From NCBI GenBank assembly GCA_963675595.2, contig CAXXLZ010000002.1, forward strand, positions 1,600,001 to 1,664,000: a stretch of 64,000 nucleotides of DNA, read 5' to 3'. The DNA comes from Thermodesulfobacteriota bacterium. GTDB lineage: Bacteria > Desulfobacterota > Desulfarculia > JACQYL01. Each line of letters begins with the position of its first letter. The stretch's first letter is position 1. A model generated the notes under the pieces. It was not told the DNA's origin. It saw only the letters and a program-made list of their open reading frames with translations, and made no database searches. Positions 58,205 to 64,000 of the stretch are shown in pieces. The position numbers and the translations under genes were made by a program.

Positions 58205-60778
58205 ATGAGAATCACCTTCGACCCTGCTTTTGATCAAGGTTCCTGGCCCGGCCCAATCGCACAAGGCCACGCCGCATCCGGTGAAATCTGGTTAGGGCCC
58301 TCCGGCCTTTTGAGCATCCTTGAGACCATGACCGGTCTGGCCGGCCCCACCCTGCCTCCCGCAGTCAGGGCTGCCGAATTGGTTTCGGAAGTCCGAAGCA
58401 TCAAGGGCTTCTGGAAAGACTCCGCTCAGGTGGACCCTTTCGGGACCGCAAGGAGGCTCTTGGAGTGGCGCGATTTTCTTTGGACACAAGGTTGGCGCGG
58501 CCAACCGGTCAGCCTGCGGCTGGAGCAATTGGCGGAGGTTACCTACAAGGCCTCGCCCGGTTTTCCCGATCGGTTTCTTGAGGTAGCAGGAACCATGCAG
58601 GGTGCCGCCAATGTGATTGAGGCACTCACACTTCTCGTTCCGGTTGGTCGTCTGAATCCCGCATTGCGGACAGCAGTGCAGGCTCTTGAGCGGACGGGAA
58701 CCAAAGTCATCGAGAAGACCTTGGAACCGGCCTCACCAAAGGGCGACTTGGGCGCATGCAGAACAGTGCCCTTCAGACCCATAGGGGATGGATCCCTTCA
58801 ATTGCTGCGGCCCGCCACTCACAGCATGGCCGCCCACGAACTGGCCGCTTGGCTCTCCAATCTTGAGTCACTGGAACGTACAGTCATTATCGGTCCCGAC
58901 AGCGTGCTTGACGAGGCACTCCATCGATTTGATCTGCCCACGACGGGCGCAGGCATACCAGCCTCCGATCATGCCTTGCTTCAGATTCTGCCCCTGACTC
59001 TGGCCATGGCCTGGGATCCGCCTGATCCTCAGAGGGCTCTCGAACTCCTGATGTTGCCCAACAGCCCCGTTCCCAAAGGGATCGGTCGCAGGTTGGCTCA
59101 TGCGCTGCAGGATTATCCCGCGGTGGGATCGGATGCCTGGAATGAAGCACTGGAAGAAGGTCTGAACCAGTTCTCAGACAAGAAAGATCGGAAGCGCTTG
59201 AAAGACCGAATGGATGCCATCTTTGCGAGGCGCATCCAAAGCCGGAATTATCCGGTGACCGAGATCAAGGCTCGGATCGATCTTCTCCGATCCTGGGCCA
59301 AAGGCAGGATGGGGGAGGATGCGTCGGAACGTGCATGGCAGGCTCTGATCGCTCAGTTGGAGAACTGCATGCGCATTGCCGAGCTATCGGGCCTTTCTCA
59401 CTTCACTGCTCCACAGATACGCCGAATGCTTTATGAGATCAACGAGGCGGCGGGCTCTTTTCCTCTTTACGAGGCCCAAGCAGGTTTGGAAACCGTTGGG
59501 GCGCCGGAGTGCATCGCTGAACAAGCGCAGAATGTGATTTGGTGGTCGTTCAATCGGGGCGCCGCGCCGGTCATAGCTTCCGACATGCTTACCGCCAAGG
59601 AACGTTCAGGGCTTGAGCAAGTAGGCGTTGTACTCCCTCGCCCGGGTGATGAAGCCGTGTGGGCCGCGGAGAGATGGCAACGGCCTCTCATGCTGGCGGG
59701 TTCAAATCTGATTCTCGTCTGTGCTCGGCGAGGCCCCGACGGTGAAGAGCAATATCCGCACCCATTGTGGGACGAGCTTGCCGGTCGGGTCGAGGAATCC
59801 ACGGGTTTGAAGGAATTGGAGCGTGAATTCCTGATTTCCCATAACGGGCTTACCAGGACCATTCGGCCGATCAGGAGCCTTCCCGAGCCCGTATGGGAAT
59901 GGGGCGTTATTGCGGGTGCCGTGGCCAAAAGACCGAAGGAGTCACCCAACAGTCTGTCGAGTTTGATTTCCTGCCCGTTCAGTTGGGTCGTTCGCTATTT
60001 GGGCAACCTATATGGCGGGGCTACGGCCACTTTGGATTCGCCCGAAAAACTGCAAGGCCGGCTCATACACGAGATACTCACCCGCGTCCTTTCCAATCCC
60101 GGCCAAACCCCCGAAGAAGCTGCCGATGATGCAACCCTGCGTTTTGGTTCGGAAGGACCGCTCATGGCCGCTCAACTCTTCTTGCCCGGCTACGAAGATA
60201 TTCGAGCGGAGGTGAAAATGGCTCTCCGCACAGCGGCTCATCGAGTATTTCGTTTGATCAAGGAAGGAAGATTCACGGTACGAGCCGTCGAACAGACCTA
60301 TGCTACGAAATCCCGTTCCCTGGGAATAGAGATTGAAGGCCGACCCGACTTGGTACTGAAGAACCCGGACGCAATCGTCGATTTCAAGCGCGGCGGAGTC
60401 AATTATCGTAAGGAAGAGCTGGCCGGCGGCACAAGCCTCCAATTAGCCGTATACGGTCATTTGATTCGGAAGAATGAAAAGACGACCTTTCCTCCTGTTG
60501 CCTATTTGATGCTCAAATCCGGTCAGGTGATCACGGTGGACCCCAAGGCCTTTCCGGACGCACGGATCATTGGAGGTCCTTCACCCGAAGAGACTTGGAA
60601 GGGGACTCAGGAGTCCTTTAAGCGGATTTGGGATGAAATGAAGGCTGGCAAAGTACGGGCATCGGGAAACGATCCCGACGGCCCTCCAAAGAGTCAACTC
60701 GACGATGGACGACTTTTTCTGAAGCCCTGCGAATTCTGCGACTTCGCCGTTCTTTGTGGTCGGGCCTTCAGCGAATAG
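58205..60778 (+). CDS. AddB-like inactive helicase + PD-(D/E)XK nuclease
   Basis: SPNS..SCPF, GRLIH, GRPD, VDFK, LQLAVY and CEFCDFAVLC (Fe-S staple pattern). Confidence 0.85.
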   Translation: MRITFDPAFDQGSWPGPIAQGHAASGEIWLGPSGLLSILETMTGLAGPTLPPAVRAAELVSEVRSIKGFWKDSAQVDPFGTARRLLEWRDFLWTQGWRGQPVSLRLEQLAEVTYKASPGFPDRFLEVAGTMQGAANVIEALTLLVPVGRLNPALRTAVQALERTGTKVIEKTLEPASPKGDLGACRTVPFRPIGDGSLQLLRPATHSMAAHELAAWLSNLESLERTVIIGPDSVLDEALHRFDLPTTGAGIPASDHALLQILPLTLAMAWDPPDPQRALELLMLPNSPVPKGIGRRLAHALQDYPAVGSDAWNEALEEGLNQFSDKKDRKRLKDRMDAIFARRIQSRNYPVTEIKARIDLLRSWAKGRMGEDASERAWQALIAQLENCMRIAELSGLSHFTAPQIRRMLYEINEAAGSFPLYEAQAGLETVGAPECIAEQAQNVIWWSFNRGAAPVIASDMLTAKERSGLEQVGVVLPRPGDEAVWAAERWQRPLMLAGSNLILVCARRGPDGEEQYPHPLWDELAGRVEESTGLKELEREFLISHNGLTRTIRPIRSLPEPVWEWGVIAGAVAKRPKESPNSLSSLISCPFSWVVRYLGNLYGGATATLDSPEKLQGRLIHEILTRVLSNPGQTPEEAADDATLRFGSEGPLMAAQLFLPGYEDIRAEVKMALRTAAHRVFRLIKEGRFTVRAVEQTYATKSRSLGIEIEGRPDLVLKNPDAIVDFKRGGVNYRKEELAGGTSLQLAVYGHLIRKNEKTTFPPVAYLMLKSGQVITVDPKAFPDARIIGGPSPEETWKGTQESFKRIWDEMKAGKVRASGNDPDGPPKSQLDDGRLFLKPCEFCDFAVLCGRAFSE

Positions 60779-60848
60779 GGGCGGTGAAAATTTCTTCCTT
60801 TCCCGGCTAAGCTTCAAAGAGCGAGCCCTTTATAAGGTACTGATGATC

Positions 60849-63800
60849 ATGACCAACATCCATATCATCACCGCCAGTGCGGGCAGCGGCAAGACCTATC
60901 GCCTGGCAACGCTTCTTCATCAAAGCATTGCTTCCGGGAGTGTGCGGCCGGAAGCGGTGATTGCCACGACCTTTACGAAGAAGGCGGCAGCCGAACTACA
61001 GGAACGCGTGCGCCGTAGGCTTATCCGAGAAGGGCTCACAGTGGAGGCCAACCGATTGGGGGCCGCGCGCATGGGAACGGTCAACGCCGTCTGCAGCAGG
61101 CTCGTGATGGATTTCGTCTTTGAGAAAGGGCTCTTTGCCGAGACCGTTGTCTTGGACGAAAACGCGGCAGGCAGGGAGCTCAGGCGTGCTCTTTCCTCTG
61201 TTGTATCGGGCAGTGTTTCGGCCCGCATGGCGGAACTCTCCAGCAGACTTGAAGCCTTTGAGTGGACCGGCGTTGTGGAGTCCCTGATTCAATCCGCTAG
61301 GTTTAACGGACTGAAGGAAGCCGACTTAAAAGCATCCAAGCAAAAAAGCATCAAAAGCATAAGCCAATTGATCGGAAAGCCCTTGGGTCCCGACCGAGAT
61401 TTCGACGGCGAACTCCAGACCGCTCTTTCTGATTTCATCCGCAGTGTTGACTTGGAGGAAGACCAGACCGGTGGTACCGCAGGAGCGGTTCAGAAGGCTG
61501 AGGCCTGCTTGAGCAGGCTTCGCGAGGGACGGCCTCTCCCCTGGAGCGATTGGTTGCGATTGGATCGCATTAAGGTAGGCAAGAAATCAGCGGTTCATGC
61601 GGAGCAACTTCGACAGGTGGCGGCACTTCACGACAATCACCCAAATCTCAGGAAGGATCTGACCGAAGCCGTCGAGCTCGTTTTCGACACGGCCATCAAC
61701 GCACTCAAATCCTATCAGGAGCATAAACGACTTTGGGGTGTCATGGATTTCTCCGATCAGGAAGTTCTGGCACTTGAGCTTCTCCAAGAAAAGGAAGTCG
61801 TGGACCGGTTGAGTGACGCCATAGATATCCTTCTCGTGGATGAGTTTCAGGATACAAGTCCAATCCAGTTGGCTATCCTTCTACGTTTGGCGTCACTGGC
61901 CAAGAAGACGATCTGGGTCGGAGACCAGAAGCAGTCGGTCTATGGTTTTCGCGGGACGGATCCGGCCCTGATGGATTCGTGTATTCAGCACATCTTTCAG
62001 GATCATGCTCCGGAAACCTTGAACAAGTCATGGCGAAGCCGACCGCCCCTTGTACACGTCAGTTCGGCGGTTTTTGCCCGTGCCTTTGCATCACACGGCA
62101 TCCCTGAAGAACGGGTAATGTTGGAGCCCGCCTTGGAATCGGATGATCCTGAATTGGGGCCTTGTATCGAATGGTGGGAAACCGCCTCAAAGAACCAGTC
62201 AGAGGACGCATCGGCCGTTGCAGGCGGAGTTCGTGATCTTCTCCGCGACGATGAAGTGAAGGTCAGAGACAAAAAAGAAGGGAAAACAAGGCGGATAAGG
62301 CCCGGAGATATCGGCATCCTCTGCCGAACAAACGACGCTTGCGCAAAAATGGCCGAAGCGCTGGAATCCATTAATATCCGGGCGGTGCTTCCCAAAGCGG
62401 GACTCATGAAAACGCTGGAAGCGATGACCGTGCAAGCGGGTCTACGGTTGTGGGTCGATCCGAAGGATACCCTTGCAGCCGCCGAACTGGCGCGGATCAT
62501 TCACTACCCGGACAAATCCGATGAGTGGTTGAAGCAGTTGCTCGAAAAGCCGGGAGCAGAGGCATTTGGGCAGCTGCCCGAAGCCGCCGATATTGTGAAT
62601 TCCGCTCGGGAGAAACCCGGTAGCGGCGTTCTTCAGGTACTCGATGCCGTCTACAGGATCATCGATATTCGTGAACTATGTCTCGCTTGGGGTGATGCGC
62701 CCAAAAGGCTGGCAAATCTGGATGCGCTATCGGCCCATGCCCGGAGTTACATCGCCTATTCGGCCGCCGAAGGGATCGGTTGCACGCCTGCGGGACTGCT
62801 CGGGTATTTCAATGAACTGGCTGCCAACGAGGAAGATTCGCAGGCACAGCTGGCCGTTGAGGACGCGGTTAACGTGGTGACCCTGCACAGCGCCAAGGGC
62901 CTGGAATGGCCGGTTACAATTCTGACCCAGATCGGAAAGAAATTCGAGCCGAACCCTCTCGGAGTAAAGGTCATAAGCGACTGGACGAATTTCGACATCA
63001 ACAATCCATTGGCCGATCGTTGGCTTCGTTACTGGTTGTTTCCTTACCATCCAAAAAACAAGGAGACGCCCTTTAACTGCCGAATGGAAGAAGATGCTTC
63101 AATGCCGGGAATCAAAGACAGTCACCAGAGGCAGGAACTTCGGCTCCTTTATGTGGCGTGGACCCGTGCAAGGGATCGTTTGATCTTGGCGGGACGAAAA
63201 GACGATTTTAGGGAAGGTATCCTTGGGCTGTTGAACGACGAAAAGGGCGCATGGCTGCTTTCAGAGCCCCAACACGGCAAGGCCGTATGGGCCGGACAGG
63301 AGCTGGAAATACATACCCGCGCGCTCGATCCTGTTGAACCTGAAACCCGATCGTTTGCTCAAGGACAAGATTACCCGATCGTCACCGGAAGTCGGACTCA
63401 TTTTCCCTCAAGGCTCAGCCCATCATCCATGGACGCGCAAGGCAAGGCGGGTCAACTGATTCAGATCGGTCCTAGAATTCCCATTTCAGGAAATCCGGAC
63501 ATGGAATCGGTCGGGAACGCCTTTCACTACTTCTTTGCCGCCGATCGTCCACAATATGAATTAAAGCAGCGAATGGCCCTGGCTGAGGGAATCATAAAGC
63601 GTCTGCAAATCACCGGTGCTGTAATCGGCTCGGATATTGTCGAATCCGCAGACAACCTGGCTATCTGGGCCAATCAGGAATACCCCGAGGCTGTATGGCG
63701 CAGGGAGTGGCCCCTTATCCAACGTCTGCCTGAAGGCACTGTTGTATCGGGATTCTGCGATCTCCTGCTCAACGCCGGAAACAGGATAGCCGTGATCGAT

Positions 63801-63968
63801 CACAAAGCGTTTGCCGGCAACAAGAATGACGCTGCAATCAAAGCTGCCGAATTCTTCGGCCAGCTTAAGGCTTATCGGGACATTCTACAAAGCCTGAACG
63901 GTAACGCCGACATTGCCTGTTACATTCATTATCCGATTTCAGGTCTTCTGGTCGAAGTAGGTCCCTAG
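60849..63968 (+). CDS. AddA/RecB-like UvrD helicase-nuclease
   Basis: ASAGSGKT, TFTKKAA, VDEFQD, VGDQKQSVYGFRG, TLHSAKGLEW, LYVAWTRAR; C-terminal GFCDLL..IDHK. Confidence 0.92.
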   Translation: MTNIHIITASAGSGKTYRLATLLHQSIASGSVRPEAVIATTFTKKAAAELQERVRRRLIREGLTVEANRLGAARMGTVNAVCSRLVMDFVFEKGLFAETVVLDENAAGRELRRALSSVVSGSVSARMAELSSRLEAFEWTGVVESLIQSARFNGLKEADLKASKQKSIKSISQLIGKPLGPDRDFDGELQTALSDFIRSVDLEEDQTGGTAGAVQKAEACLSRLREGRPLPWSDWLRLDRIKVGKKSAVHAEQLRQVAALHDNHPNLRKDLTEAVELVFDTAINALKSYQEHKRLWGVMDFSDQEVLALELLQEKEVVDRLSDAIDILLVDEFQDTSPIQLAILLRLASLAKKTIWVGDQKQSVYGFRGTDPALMDSCIQHIFQDHAPETLNKSWRSRPPLVHVSSAVFARAFASHGIPEERVMLEPALESDDPELGPCIEWWETASKNQSEDASAVAGGVRDLLRDDEVKVRDKKEGKTRRIRPGDIGILCRTNDACAKMAEALESINIRAVLPKAGLMKTLEAMTVQAGLRLWVDPKDTLAAAELARIIHYPDKSDEWLKQLLEKPGAEAFGQLPEAADIVNSAREKPGSGVLQVLDAVYRIIDIRELCLAWGDAPKRLANLDALSAHARSYIAYSAAEGIGCTPAGLLGYFNELAANEEDSQAQLAVEDAVNVVTLHSAKGLEWPVTILTQIGKKFEPNPLGVKVISDWTNFDINNPLADRWLRYWLFPYHPKNKETPFNCRMEEDASMPGIKDSHQRQELRLLYVAWTRARDRLILAGRKDDFREGILGLLNDEKGAWLLSEPQHGKAVWAGQELEIHTRALDPVEPETRSFAQGQDYPIVTGSRTHFPSRLSPSSMDAQGKAGQLIQIGPRIPISGNPDMESVGNAFHYFFAADRPQYELKQRMALAEGIIKRLQITGAVIGSDIVESADNLAIWANQEYPEAVWRREWPLIQRLPEGTVVSGFCDLLLNAGNRIAVIDHKAFAGNKNDAAIKAAEFFGQLKAYRDILQSLNGNADIACYIHYPISGLLVEVGP

Positions 63969-64000
63969 CTCAAGGGCATCCTGAATTCAACCATGACCCT

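Noticed and set aside
1-64000. Window is from an archaeal genome
   Set aside because: The ACG-anticodon tRNA fragment, RfaH-like factor, CHC2-TOPRIM primase and AddAB-like genes point to a bacterial host; a chimeric assembly cannot be excluded from sequence alone.

Overview
The host looks bacterial: it carries an RfaH/UpxY-type NusG paralogue, a DnaG-type CHC2-TOPRIM primase and a tRNA-Arg(ACG) att fragment. A Desulfobacterota-like anaerobe is my guess, not a result. (1) 1-11.7 kb is a minus-strand surface-polysaccharide locus: glycosyltransferases, fcl, a cytidylyltransferase, two SAM methyltransferases, a B12-radical SAM enzyme, a deacetylase, the NusG paralogue and an EPS-type wHTH regulator. 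(2) 12.4-18.7 kb is a decayed phage-satellite-like element (AlpA/Xis-like gene, primase-helicase, iteron origin, SLOG pseudogene, IS630). It ends at a displaced 3' tRNA-Arg(ACG) att fragment with arm-type repeats on both sides. (3) From 18.7 kb, probably to or past the window end, lies a large island. It holds four IS copies, SBP+MCP cargo, a vWA-membrane/PflX radical SAM operon divergent from a PD-(D/E)XK + HerA/DUF87 operon, a RadC/DUF2958/Zn-ribbon cluster, a Ycf46-like AAA gene split by a complete group II intron (followed by DUF1257, DUF2997, DUF3150), ankyrin and IMPase-ADP-ribosylglycohydrolase genes, and an AddAB-like pair. The most unusual signal is an archaeal-type Orc1/Cdc6 initiator beside an IS-interrupted AT-rich region with ORB-like boxes. 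Several island genes are also preceded by archaeal-style BRE-TATA motifs at leaderless spacing, and there are several CPxCG Zn microproteins. Together these suggest an archaeal-type replicon integrated in a bacterial chromosome. All calls are by eye; no searches were run.
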